DNA of 64,000 nt from an uncultured Pseudomonadales bacterium (GTDB lineage: Bacteria > Patescibacteriota > Microgenomatia > UBA1400 > MFAQ01): NCBI GenBank assembly GCA_964357975.1, contig CAYHNG010000002.1:4560-68559 (forward strand). The letters are read 5' to 3'. The stretch's first letter is position 1, and every line of letters begins with the position of its first letter. The position numbers and the translations under genes are program-made. The notes beneath the pieces are model-generated. The model was not told the origin of the DNA. It searched no databases and worked only from the letters and a program-made list of their open reading frames with translations. This document shows, piece by piece, positions 30,160-38,878 of the stretch.

Positions 30160-31299
30160 CTACAGTAAAATCGCTCCGGCGAGAAGAAGAATGAGTTTGT
30201 TTTGAGGAAGTGTCCACCAGTAATGATCAAAAGAACCGGTAATGATGACGATGACTACAAGCGTGAGAAATTGGGGATTGAGAATTTTTCGGTAATTTTG
30301 GTGAAGAAGAAGAACGATAAGAGCTAACCCGACAAAGCCAATCTCTGACACAAGCAGAACCGGCAGGTTGTGAACCGGCTGTAATTTCTCCGAGAGCAAG
30401 AATGAGCCGGGAAGAAACCGGACAAGAGAGGGGATGAAGTTTCCAAGCCCAACACCCAAGAGCGGAGACTGGAAAATAATATACCGAGAAGGAACCAGAA
30501 GAAAAAAGCGGTCGGAAACGAATTGAAGACTAGGCAGAAGGTTAGGTAGTACCGGTTGAAGCAGAGAAAATGTAAGAAACGAAACAATAGGAAAGAAGGA
30601 ATTAAGTGGAAAAGTGAAGACCAGAAGAAAGGCGAGGAGAGCCCCTTTGGAGAAAGTAAGAAGTAGTCCGAGAAACACAAAAAGACGGTGCCAGAGTGCA
30701 CTTCGGTGAAGATGAAGAAGATAGTAAACAATAAGAAGATAGCCGGCAAGAGAGTTGGGGTGAGAAAAGAGGGAAGGAGGCCGAACAAAATCTAACCCTC
30801 CGAGAGAGAGTCTGGCGAGACCGGAGGTAGAGGAAGTAAAGGCCCTTTCCCCAAGCCAGTAGAGGAGACCGCCGAGGGAGGATTGGCGGAACAATTGAAA
30901 CATCTCCAATGAAACCACCAAAAGGGTGGAGATTATAAGAGGTTGTCTCACTTGAGACCAAGTGACTTTCCTAAGACGAAGGGTAAGAAAAAAGAGGAGA
31001 TAAAGTAAAACTCGCCCCCACCAAAAAACAGAGTTAGGAGGCGAGACCCCGTAAAAGGAGTTAAGGAAAACATATACCAAGAAGGAACCAACTTTAAACT
31101 TATGGTTTTTGAGCCAAGTGATAATAATCTTGAGATTTAGGGCAATGAAAGCGATGAGTGGGAGGTCGGTGAAGTAAAGAGTGGGGGAGAGATAGTCGAT
31201 TTTGATGCCGGCCGCACGAGAGAACTCGGGCCAAAAATGAAGTCCGAGTTGGGATGGAAGAAAGAAGACAATTAGTTGGAGAAGGATGATTGAAAACAC
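30160..31299 (-). CDS. O-antigen ligase/Wzy-like polytopic membrane protein
   Basis: About 10 TM helices with FSHPNSLAGYL and VHNLPVLLVSEIGFVGL (Wzy_C-like). Confidence 0.45.
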   Translation of the reverse strand: MFSIILLQLIVFFLPSQLGLHFWPEFSRAAGIKIDYLSPTLYFTDLPLIAFIALNLKIIITWLKNHKFKVGSFLVYVFLNSFYGVSPPNSVFWWGRVLLYLLFFLTLRLRKVTWSQVRQPLIISTLLVVSLEMFQLFRQSSLGGLLYWLGERAFTSSTSGLARLSLGGLDFVRPPSLFSHPNSLAGYLLIVYYLLHLHRSALWHRLFVFLGLLLTFSKGALLAFLLVFTFPLNSFFPIVSFLTFSLLQPVLPNLLPSLQFVSDRFFLLVPSRYIIFQSPLLGVGLGNFIPSLVRFLPGSFLLSEKLQPVHNLPVLLVSEIGFVGLALIVLLLHQNYRKILNPQFLTLVVIVIITGSFDHYWWTLPQNKLILLLAGAILL

Positions 31300-31317
31300 T
31301 AAGGAGATTGTACCCCC

Positions 31318-31779
31318 TTATTCTGCGGTGGGAATGATTACCATTTGACGATAGGGGGCTTCACCACGTGATTCGGTCCGGACGCCTTTGTATTCTTCCA
31401 AAAAGAGATGGATAATGCGGCGTTCGAAGGAACTGAGATTGGGGAGAATTATTTCCTTTTGGAGGGAGACGGCCCTGTCGGCGGCATTCTGAGCCAATTC
31501 TTTGAGGGAGTCCTCGCGTCGTTCCTGATAGTCATTTACATTAAGATGAAGTTTGGGCCAGACACCAAAGCGCTGATAGATCATGAGAGAGAAGATCATA
31601 CGGAGAGAAGCCAAACCTTCACCATGATGTCCCACAAAAATACCGGCGGCGTCTGTAGAGGGGGTCAGGAGAATATTGATATTGTCCTCGTCGGCAACCT
31701 CGATTTTGATTTGATCTTCGTTAAGCTCCAGTTGAGTCAAAACGTTGGAGAGTATTTCGGTAACCTTTGATTGGTCCAT
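31318..31779 (-). CDS. jag: Jag/KhpB-like RNA-binding protein (KH + R3H)
   Basis: R3H-like SFERRIIHLFLEEYKGVRTESRGEAPYRQMVI, located directly downstream of yidC. Confidence 0.6.
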   Translation of the reverse strand: MDQSKVTEILSNVLTQLELNEDQIKIEVADEDNINILLTPSTDAAGIFVGHHGEGLASLRMIFSLMIYQRFGVWPKLHLNVNDYQERREDSLKELAQNAADRAVSLQKEIILPNLSSFERRIIHLFLEEYKGVRTESRGEAPYRQMVIIPTAE

Positions 31780-31784
31780 GTTAA

Positions 31785-32522
31785 TTATTGTTTGATAACC
31801 CTTAGTTTAAGAAGGATGGGTTTTAAGCCACCCAGACCGGAGAAGTAGTATTGTTGAACAATAGAAAAGATGGTAGAAACTACCCAGTAAAGAATGAGAC
31901 CGGATTGAAAGTTAAGAGAGATCAAAACAGTCATAATCGGCATCATGTAGAGCATTTGCTGCTGCATGCTGGCGGCCATCTCCAGATTATCTTCTTCCTT
32001 TTTCTTTTCGTCTTTTTGTTTTGGATTCTGGACGTGAGATTCAACTCCGGACTGCATCATGAGGGAGAAAATTAGCTGAGAAACTCCGGCGAGAACCGGC
32101 ATGATATAGGTATGGTCGGGCTTGGTAAGGTCTAAGTAAAGAAAGTGGGGGTTGACGAGAAGCCCTCCAATGGAAGGTTGTTTGATAAATTCCATGAAGA
32201 CTTGATACAGAGAAATGAGAATAATGATTTGAACTATTTGGGGAAGACAGCCGGCGGCAGGGTTGATGCCTTGCTCTTTGTAGAGAGCCATTTGGGCCAC
32301 TTGAAGCTCTTTTTTGTCTTTGTGTTTTTCCTTGAGCCTGTCTAAAGCAGGTTTGAGTTCCTGCATTTTTTTGGCTGACTTCATGGAGGGAAGAACAAGA
32401 GGAATAAGGATAAATTTGGTGATAAGGGTGATAGCGATGATGGGTAAACCAAGATTGCCGCCAAAAAGACGATAGAAAAAGACAAGGACTTGATAGAGGA
32501 TGTAGTTGATTGGTGCGAGCAT
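31785..32522 (-). CDS. yidC: Membrane protein insertase YidC (short form)
   Basis: Five-TM core with QMALYKEQGINPAAGCLPQIVQ, in the conserved rpmH-rnpA-yidD-yidC-jag context. Confidence 0.7.
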   Translation of the reverse strand: MLAPINYILYQVLVFFYRLFGGNLGLPIIAITLITKFILIPLVLPSMKSAKKMQELKPALDRLKEKHKDKKELQVAQMALYKEQGINPAAGCLPQIVQIIILISLYQVFMEFIKQPSIGGLLVNPHFLYLDLTKPDHTYIMPVLAGVSQLIFSLMMQSGVESHVQNPKQKDEKKKEEDNLEMAASMQQQMLYMMPIMTVLISLNFQSGLILYWVVSTIFSIVQQYYFSGLGGLKPILLKLRVIKQ

Positions 32523-32545
32523 AGTTACTTCGGTATTACTCAGTA

Positions 32546-32800
32546 TTAATATTTGATTTTAGCAGGCCTCGCCGTTCGGCGGGGTGGTACCGGGTCTACC
32601 CCGCCTTTGGAGAAAGGTTGACAGCGGAGAAAGCGACCTATGGAGAGTTTTGTCCCGGTAATGATACCATGAAGGCGAAAGGATTCTTTGGCGTATTCCG
32701 AACAGGTAGGGGAGAAGCGGCAAGCAAAGGAAGAGCCAAACAGAGCGTGGCCGAGTGCGTGGTAGTAAGGTGAGATGTATTTTTGGTAAAAAGAAATCAT
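32546..32800 (-). CDS. yidD: Membrane protein insertion efficiency factor YidD
   Basis: CRFSPTCSEYA...RCQPFSKGGVDPVP. Confidence 0.8.
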   Translation of the reverse strand: MISFYQKYISPYYHALGHALFGSSFACRFSPTCSEYAKESFRLHGIITGTKLSIGRFLRCQPFSKGGVDPVPPRRTARPAKIKY

Positions 32801-32837
32801 ACAAGGGGATTATATCTTGTACTGATAAAATTGACCT

Positions 32838-33311
32838 ATGTATAACCATGCGCCGGAAAACTATGTTTGCCCGATCTGTTTGGCGGTAGAGGGAGTGGAA
32901 AATGAAAGTACGATGATTAAACAGCCGGATATCTTCTACAAAGATGAGGTTGTAATGGCCTTTATTAGTAGCAAGTTTGACAAGAATGGAGGACATCCAC
33001 TGATAGTACCCGTCAAGCACTATGAGAACTTGTATGACTTGCCGGAGGACATCGGCAGTCGTATTTTATCTCTCTCAAAGAAAGTGGCACGGGCGATGAA
33101 GGAAGCGACCAATTGTGATGGAGTTACCGTAATGCAAAATAACGAGCCGGCGGGAGATCAGCATGCCTTTCACTATCACCTCCATATATACCCTAGATAT
33201 CTCGGAGACGAGCTTCACAAGAGTATTTTGGACACCAGAGTTTCCTTGCCGGAAGAACGAGCTACTTTGGCAGACAGTTTGAGAAGTTGTTTAGAAACAG
33301 GGAACGATTAA
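32838..33311 (+). CDS. HIT-family hydrolase
   Basis: Histidine triad FHYHLHIYP. Confidence 0.8.
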   Translation: MYNHAPENYVCPICLAVEGVENESTMIKQPDIFYKDEVVMAFISSKFDKNGGHPLIVPVKHYENLYDLPEDIGSRILSLSKKVARAMKEATNCDGVTVMQNNEPAGDQHAFHYHLHIYPRYLGDELHKSILDTRVSLPEERATLADSLRSCLETGND

Positions 33312-33471
33312 GAAGAGAAACAAAGAATCTGACCGGATCTTTTATTTCAGGTTTTTGTTTGTGCTTGCTTTTGAAAGGAAGTTTTTGGGTGTGACAACAC
33401 TCTGGCCGATTTCTTTTTCCAGGTTTACCCGAGCATTTCCGGCGATCTTTCCACCTCGACGAGAGACCTTT

Positions 33472-34185
33472 TTATTTTCGGTGAAACCTTTGGGGGTGTT
33501 CGGTCTTGGTAATGGCGGTAGTGGAAGCTTCCCCTAGCATGGAGAAGAGTAGTTCCAGGTCGGACATGTGATCCCGGAGATTTTGTCTTTCCAATCCCTT
33601 TATCTGTTTGTGCTGTGAGGGAGTGACTCCAAAAGCGGCTTGGGAGATTTCGGCCGTAAGAATGGCATATTCCTTTTGGAGCTTGACTCCGTGAATTTCC
33701 CATTGTTCGGTGAGATCTTCACGAATAGCGATTGACCTTATGCGTTTTTCTATCCAACTATCGGGGTAGCCTTTGGCTTTGTAAATGGCTCTGGCTCTTT
33801 TTTGGGCGAGTTCCGGATCTTCTATTTCTTGAATTCTTTCGTAGCCGACTTTGGCCAGCCAACGCTTGAATGGTTCGGCTTTGGGAGAGGGGATCGATTG
33901 GATGATTCGGAAGATTGTTTCCGTGTTGGCACAATCTGTTTTGTACAGTTTTCCATCAGTGGAGGTTAGTTTCAGTTGTACGATTTTTTCGTACAACTCA
34001 GAATTACCTTCTTTGATAATTTTTATTTTTAAGTCACTCCAATATCTTCTCGGAATACTACTACCTGTAAGAGCGGTTATGACATCTGTGATGGAGAAGT
34101 ACCATTCATTTTTGTAAATGGTTTTGCGGATTTCTTTCTTCTGAAAAATAACGATCTTGGTAGGATCAATTACTTTTTTGGGCAT
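33472..34185 (-). CDS. DinD/Bro-N-like (phage antirepressor-type) protein
   Basis: EIRKTIYKNEWYFSITDVITALT...RYWSDLK pattern resembling Bro-N/DinD. Tentative. Confidence 0.45.
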   Translation of the reverse strand: MPKKVIDPTKIVIFQKKEIRKTIYKNEWYFSITDVITALTGSSIPRRYWSDLKIKIIKEGNSELYEKIVQLKLTSTDGKLYKTDCANTETIFRIIQSIPSPKAEPFKRWLAKVGYERIQEIEDPELAQKRARAIYKAKGYPDSWIEKRIRSIAIREDLTEQWEIHGVKLQKEYAILTAEISQAAFGVTPSQHKQIKGLERQNLRDHMSDLELLFSMLGEASTTAITKTEHPQRFHRK

Positions 34186-34255
34186 ATATTTAATTTATGC
34201 CATAAAATACCCGAAGTCAATAATTAGCATTATTGGAGTTAAGTATTATTTATTT

Positions 34256-34288
34256 GTCATCTCGAGCGTAGTCGAGAGATCTTACTCC
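34256..34288. repeat. Family-A repeat, copy A4a (inverted orientation)
   Basis: GTCATCTCGAGCGTAGTCGAGAGATCTTACTCC, the reverse complement of the family consensus. It forms a head-to-head pair with A4b. Confidence 0.6.
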
Positions 34289-34306
34289 ATTTTGATGCGA
34301 ATACTT

Positions 34307-34336
34307 TGAGATTTCTCCACTTCGGTCGAAATGACG
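34307..34336. repeat. Family-A repeat, copy A4b
   Basis: GAGATTTCTCCACTTCGGTCGAAATGACGGG. Confidence 0.6.
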
Positions 34337-34380
34337 GGTTCTTGACAATAAAAAACAGGGTGGTAAAACCCTGTTGGCAA

Positions 34381-34899
34381 TTACTTTTGTTCGGAAAAAA
34401 TTTGGACGAGCCAGGCTTTGATCTGGGCTTCGACTTCGGGGGCAGTGATGGTGGGCTTGTAAATAACAACTCCATTATTCCACCAGTTCTTACCTTTGCA
34501 GTGCCATAGCCCCATTGATATTCGAATTGATGCATTCTTACTTTGTTCTGTAATAGTCCAGGAAGCACCATAATGGGTATACACTGTTCCACCCGCCAAT
34601 GGGTTTGTGTCGTCTGATTCATAAGTGTAAGACACCCATAGATCCCCAGAGATTCCTCTTTCGGGACCTTCGAACATCTCAGATACCTGCAACCCTTGTC
34701 TTTTTGCTTTGTCAAGAACGATACAGATATCTCTAATTGCTTTCGCAGAATTCTGCCGAAAGACCTTTCTGACGTATGCCAACCGTTTTGGTCCTTCAGC
34801 CTCAATTTCTATTTTTTGCAATTCAAGCCTTGTTCTTTCTTCATCTTTTTTCTTAATCTCAAGGGCTCTTTGCCGGGCTTCGTTAATCCAATTTGACAT
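34381..34899 (-). CDS. Hypothetical protein (172 aa)
   Basis: Long ORF followed on the minus strand by a terminator (hairpin ACAGGGTTTTACCACCCTGT then T6). Preferred over the overlapping ORF at 34257-34805. Confidence 0.4.
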   Translation of the reverse strand: MSNWINEARQRALEIKKKDEERTRLELQKIEIEAEGPKRLAYVRKVFRQNSAKAIRDICIVLDKAKRQGLQVSEMFEGPERGISGDLWVSYTYESDDTNPLAGGTVYTHYGASWTITEQSKNASIRISMGLWHCKGKNWWNNGVVIYKPTITAPEVEAQIKAWLVQIFSEQK

Positions 34900-34995
34900 T
34901 GGTTGTTCTCCTTTTTAGGGTGCCGGTGTGTTCTAAGAGGGTATTGTACCTTCAAATCGGGCAAAATGATAGTTCTGGGAGAATCGGAGGAGAGA

Positions 34996-35448
34996 TTATT
35001 TGAGTTTGGGGAGGAGGGAGGAGAGATCGGCAAGAAGGTCGGGGTGAGGGGTGTCGAGGACGGAGCGCTTGGGGATGACCAGGTAATCGGCGGGGAGGAA
35101 TTGGGGGAGTAGTTCGGCTAAGAGGGCGGAGGTGACACGTTTGATGCGGTTGCGGTCGACGGCGAGACGGGCGGTTTTTTTGGACAATAGAATGGAAAAT
35201 CTAGGGACGAGGGGATTTGTCGTATGGAGACCTGCAAGGACTCTCCTTGCAGGAATGACGGAGGTTTGGGTGGAGTGAGATCTACCCCTTCGGGTACCAT
35301 CGGCCCCGACTGCGCTCGGGATGACAGAAGAGAGGGGGGTGGGGGCAGTGACGATGGTGAAGTGGCGGGTGTGGAAGGATCGGCCTTCACGGGTGAGACG
35401 ATCACGCTCTTTGCGTAGGGGAAGCCGGTTTGTGGCCGGAAGTGGCAT
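34996..35448 (-). CDS. rnpA: RNase P protein component, carrying about 33 aa of in-frame repeat-derived insertion
   Basis: LSKKTARLAVDRNRIKRV core. The extra segment SSVIPSAVGADGTRRGRSHSTQTSVIPARRVLAG is encoded by the composite family-A element A5. Confidence 0.75.
   Translation of the reverse strand: MPLPATNRLPLRKERDRLTREGRSFHTRHFTIVTAPTPLSSVIPSAVGADGTRRGRSHSTQTSVIPARRVLAGLHTTNPLVPRFSILLSKKTARLAVDRNRIKRVTSALLAELLPQFLPADYLVIPKRSVLDTPHPDLLADLSSLLPKLK
35231..35327. repeat. Family-A composite (long) element A5, inside rnpA
   Basis: CCTGCAAGGActcTCCTTGCAGG hairpin plus AATGACGG, then GGAGTGAGATCTACCCCTTCGGGTACCATCGGCCCCGACTGCGCTCGGGATGACAG. Confidence 0.65.
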
Positions 35449-35449
35449 T

Positions 35450-35587
35450 TTAGAGCGCTAACTTGGTTCGGCCCTTAGCTCGGCGACGTTTGATGACATT
35501 ACGACCGGAGGCACTGGCCATCTTAATACGGAAACCGTGTTTTCTGATACGTTTGACTTTTTTGGGTTGGTAGACTCTTTTGGGCAT
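35450..35587 (-). CDS. rpmH: 50S ribosomal protein bL34
   Basis: Translates to [45 protein letters not shown]. Absent from the ORF track because it is under 60 aa. Confidence 0.9.
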   Translation of the reverse strand: MPKRVYQPKKVKRIRKHGFRIKMASASGRNVIKRRRAKGRTKLAL

Positions 35588-35610
35588 ATAGGGTGATTGT
35601 TGTTTAATTC

Positions 35611-35648
35611 GTGGAGTGAGATTCCTCGACTACGCTCGGAATGACATG
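35611..35648. repeat. Family-A repeat, copy A6 (intergenic between rpmH and dnaA)
   Basis: GTGGAGTGAGATTCCTCGACTACGCTCGGAATGACATG. Confidence 0.7.
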
Positions 35649-35852
35649 ACACGTGACTGGTGAGTATTATACCTGATAAATGTCCGGAGCGAATGGATGG
35701 TAATTTTGATGGAGACCAATAAGGAACCTCCTCGCAGGACTACCTACAAGGAAGATCCTTGTAGGGGAGCTGGATTTGTGATGTGGATAGTATTATTCTT
35801 TTTGGGTAATTTGGGGGTTGTAAAAATGTGGATAAGTAGTGAGAATGGGCGT

Positions 35853-37235
35853 ATGGACAGTGAGAAGTTATGGCATAGCATTTGCGGTGAGTTGGGCGTT
35901 TCGATGTCTCCCGCCAGTTTTGCAGGCTTTATCAAGCCTTGTTTCTTGCGATCGGTAACTCCGATTGATGATCAACGACTGCTTTTGGAGTTGGCGGCTT
36001 CATCTGTTTTTTTGAGTCACACCATCGAGACCAAGTATTACAGTCTCATCAAACAAGCCGCCGAAAAAATTTCCGAAAAGAAGTGTGATATCGCTTTGAT
36101 TGTGGTTGAAGCTACCAAAGAAGTTAAGTTGAGTAAAAAGGAAATCAATAAGATGGGGGAGGTAAATGAGACCAGCATTGGACTATTTACCCCACAGGAG
36201 GAGAATAAACAAACCGGAACCAATCTGAATCCCCGTTATGTTTTTGAGTCATACATGGTGGGAAGTTCGAATAGACTGGCTTTCGCCGCCGCCAAAGCAG
36301 TGGTCGACTATCCCGGCACCAGACACAACCCACTATTTATCTATGGGGGAGTCGGGGTTGGAAAGACTCATTTGATGCATGCGGTAGGACATGAACTGGT
36401 CAAAAAAGGAGTGGGTAAAGTAGTCTGTGTGACAAGTGAACAGTTTACGAACGATTTGGTCGGTTCGTTTAAATCCAAAATGACGGATGCTTTTAAGAAA
36501 AAATATCGACAGGTAGGAGCATTGCTGGTAGATGATGTGCAGTTTTTTGGGGGAAAAGATTCAACACAAGAAGAGTTCTTCCATACCTTTAACGAACTGA
36601 CAAATAAACAAGCGCAGATTATCATGACGAGTGACCGAAAACCACAAGAGATCGTCGGTTTGGAGGATAGACTACGAAGCCGCTTCTTGGGTGGCATGAT
36701 GGTGGATATTGGTTTACCGGACTACGAGATGAGACTGGCGATTTTGCGGCAGCGAGCACTAGATATTAAAGCAGAAGTAGAAGATAGTGCCTTTGAACTA
36801 ATTGCCAATAGCTATCCAACAAATGCCCGCGAGCTGGAAGGAACTTTCGTCAGGCTAGCCACAGGTGCCAGTATTGACGGGGGAGTCTTAACCAGAGAAA
36901 TGGTACAGCAAACAATGGGACTTCCGGCCAATACTGTGAAAGACATTAAAGTGCGACCGATCAAGGTGATCTCGACAGTCGCCAAGTATTTTGATTTCAG
37001 AAACAAAGATCTCTTGGGGGAGAGTAGGAAGGCCGACTTGGTAGTGGCGAGACACATTGCCATGTATATTCTGAGAGAAACACTAAAGCTTAATCTGACT
37101 GAAGTCGCGGAGTTGATGGGAGGCCGAGATCATACTACAGTGATGCATGCATGCGAGAAAATGGAGCTAGAAATTGAGAAAAATATGGATATCAGGCGTA
37201 AAGTAATGGCTCTGAAACAGGCGTTATACACCTAA
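35853..37235 (+). CDS. dnaA: Chromosomal replication initiator DnaA
   Basis: Walker A GGVGVGKTHLMHAVG and C-terminal DNA-binding domain. Start set at MDSEKLW (35853) because the longer track ORF from 35697 contains DnaA boxes TGTGGATAG and TGTGGATAA and odd hydrophobic sequence. Confidence 0.8.
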   Translation: MDSEKLWHSICGELGVSMSPASFAGFIKPCFLRSVTPIDDQRLLLELAASSVFLSHTIETKYYSLIKQAAEKISEKKCDIALIVVEATKEVKLSKKEINKMGEVNETSIGLFTPQEENKQTGTNLNPRYVFESYMVGSSNRLAFAAAKAVVDYPGTRHNPLFIYGGVGVGKTHLMHAVGHELVKKGVGKVVCVTSEQFTNDLVGSFKSKMTDAFKKKYRQVGALLVDDVQFFGGKDSTQEEFFHTFNELTNKQAQIIMTSDRKPQEIVGLEDRLRSRFLGGMMVDIGLPDYEMRLAILRQRALDIKAEVEDSAFELIANSYPTNARELEGTFVRLATGASIDGGVLTREMVQQTMGLPANTVKDIKVRPIKVISTVAKYFDFRNKDLLGESRKADLVVARHIAMYILRETLKLNLTEVAELMGGRDHTTVMHACEKMELEIEKNMDIRRKVMALKQALYT

Positions 37236-37550
37236 CTATCCACAACTTATCCACGCTCTGTGGATATCTTAAGAAACTGTGTAGAAGTTTTAAATTTTCA
37301 GGAAACGGGTGGATAAACGACCAAGTTATTCAGAAAAGAATCCACAGAAAACAAAGGTTGTTAGTGCAAGGTGCGAGGTGTGGGACAGTAATTTTGATAT
37401 TAAAAGGGTGGATGTAAGAGTCAAAAAAATATTAATAACAGAGAATGTAGGCAAGGGGCAAAGCTACTATCCACTTGTCCACCGCTTCTATTACTACTCA
37501 CTACTATTTTTATTTAAGATAAATATATTATTTATAACAAAGAGAGATGA
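37236..37550. promoter_or_regulatory. Putative oriC: DnaA-box cluster plus AT-rich unwinding element between dnaA and dnaN
   Basis: At least six 9-mers matching TTATCCACA in both orientations (CTATCCACA, TTATCCACG, TGTGGATAT, GGTGGATAA, AATCCACAG, CTATCCACT), then AT-rich CTATTTTTATTTAAGATAAATATATTATTTATAACAAAG. Confidence 0.55.
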
Positions 37551-37759
37551 TAATGGAGGCCGATAAGGATTCACCTCGCATGGTTACATACAAGGAGAAT
37601 CCTTTGGTAAGGGAATCGAGATGAATGAGGTTATAGAATAAAAATACATATACAATAGGGAACTGATAAGAGCTTGCTCGTCTTCTTTTCAATAACCTTG
37701 TTATTGAAATATCCAGACTGTGCTTCCTCTTATATTCGCTTACAACTTCGTTATAATGC

Positions 37760-38878
37760 TTGAATATGAAGATAACTGTATTGTCAACCGACTTAAAGAA
37801 ATATCTAGGAATTGTAAATCGAGGTATTGGGGTAAGACCTCAGCTGCCTATTTTGTCGGGTGTTCTTTTGAAAGTGACAAAGGAGGAAGTAAATTTGGTG
37901 TCGACTGACTTGGAAGTAAGTTTTTGGGTGAAACTACCGGCCAAGATAGATGAGGAAGGAGAGATGGTAGTACCGGCAAAGCTTTTTGGAGAATTGGTGG
38001 CCAGTTTGCCGGCTGGAAATGTAACTCTTTCGGCAGAAAAAAACACTTTAACAGTTTCCGCCAAAGGTATTAACGCAGAAGTTGTAGGACAAGGGGTGGA
38101 GGATTTTCCAAGTATTCCTAGAGCCAAAAAACCTCAAATTACCTTAAAGAGTGGAGATTTTAGACAAAAGATGGATCGGGTGTGTATTTCGGCGGCACGT
38201 GATGATACAAGACCGGTCTTGACCGGTGTCTTGTGGGAGTTGGAAGAGAATAAGACTATTTTGGCGGCGACAGATGGATACAGATTGGGAGTTGATAAAT
38301 TAAATGTTGGCAAAACAACTATTGAGAAGAACACCCGTTTTATTTTACCGGCACGATCTCTTCAGGAAATATCCAAAGTCCTGGCTGAGACAGGTGAGGA
38401 TAATTTTGGTATTGAATTTGACAAAGAAAATCAACAGGTGATCTTTACCATTGCCGATATGGAAGTCTCCTCCCGCCTGATTGCAGGCGAGTTTCCGCCC
38501 TATCAACAAATTATGCCGAATACTTACTCAACAAAGGCGGTATTTAACAGGGAAGAGCTACTAGAAGCGGTCAAGAGGGCCAATTTGTTTGCAAGGGACA
38601 ATGCCAATATTGTAAAAATGACCATCGAAGGTGAAAGACTAATTGTGAAAGCGGAAAGTAGTCAGCTTGGAAGCAATTCGACAGAGATCGAAACGGAAAT
38701 TGAAGGAGAAGGTTTGACCGTCGCTTTTAATGCCAGATATCTATTAGATTATCTGGGAGTGAACAATGCGGAGAGAGTGGTTTGGGAGACGGAAGGGGAA
38801 CTCAAACCAAGCGTCTTCAAGAGAGAGGATGATGACGGCTGGATTCAGGTAGTAATGCCGGTTAGGGTGCAGAATTAG
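37760..38878 (+). CDS. dnaN: DNA polymerase III beta sliding clamp
   Basis: MNMKITVLSTDLKKYLGIVNRGIGVRPQLPILSGVLLKV. Confidence 0.85.
   Translation: MNMKITVLSTDLKKYLGIVNRGIGVRPQLPILSGVLLKVTKEEVNLVSTDLEVSFWVKLPAKIDEEGEMVVPAKLFGELVASLPAGNVTLSAEKNTLTVSAKGINAEVVGQGVEDFPSIPRAKKPQITLKSGDFRQKMDRVCISAARDDTRPVLTGVLWELEENKTILAATDGYRLGVDKLNVGKTTIEKNTRFILPARSLQEISKVLAETGEDNFGIEFDKENQQVIFTIADMEVSSRLIAGEFPPYQQIMPNTYSTKAVFNREELLEAVKRANLFARDNANIVKMTIEGERLIVKAESSQLGSNSTEIETEIEGEGLTVAFNARYLLDYLGVNNAERVVWETEGELKPSVFKREDDDGWIQVVMPVRVQN

Noticed and set aside
34257-34805. 182-aa minus-strand ORF overlapping 34381-34899
   Set aside because: Its 3' part is just the translation of the inverted family-A repeat pair. 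The other frame (34381-34899) ends before the repeats and is followed by a terminator, so it was preferred. Neither has homology support.
35458-35652. 64-aa minus-strand ORF from the track
   Set aside because: Different frame overlapping the genuine rpmH (bL34) gene, and it reads through repeat copy A6. Composition is not protein-like.
35697-35852. 52-aa N-terminal extension of DnaA in the track ORF
   Set aside because: It contains two DnaA boxes and a hydrophobic, non-DnaA-like sequence. The canonical DnaA N-terminus (MDSEKLW...) starts at 35853.
37309-37566. 85-aa ORF between dnaA and dnaN
   Set aside because: It lies in the DnaA-box/AT-rich oriC region and has low-complexity composition. 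It is most likely non-coding.
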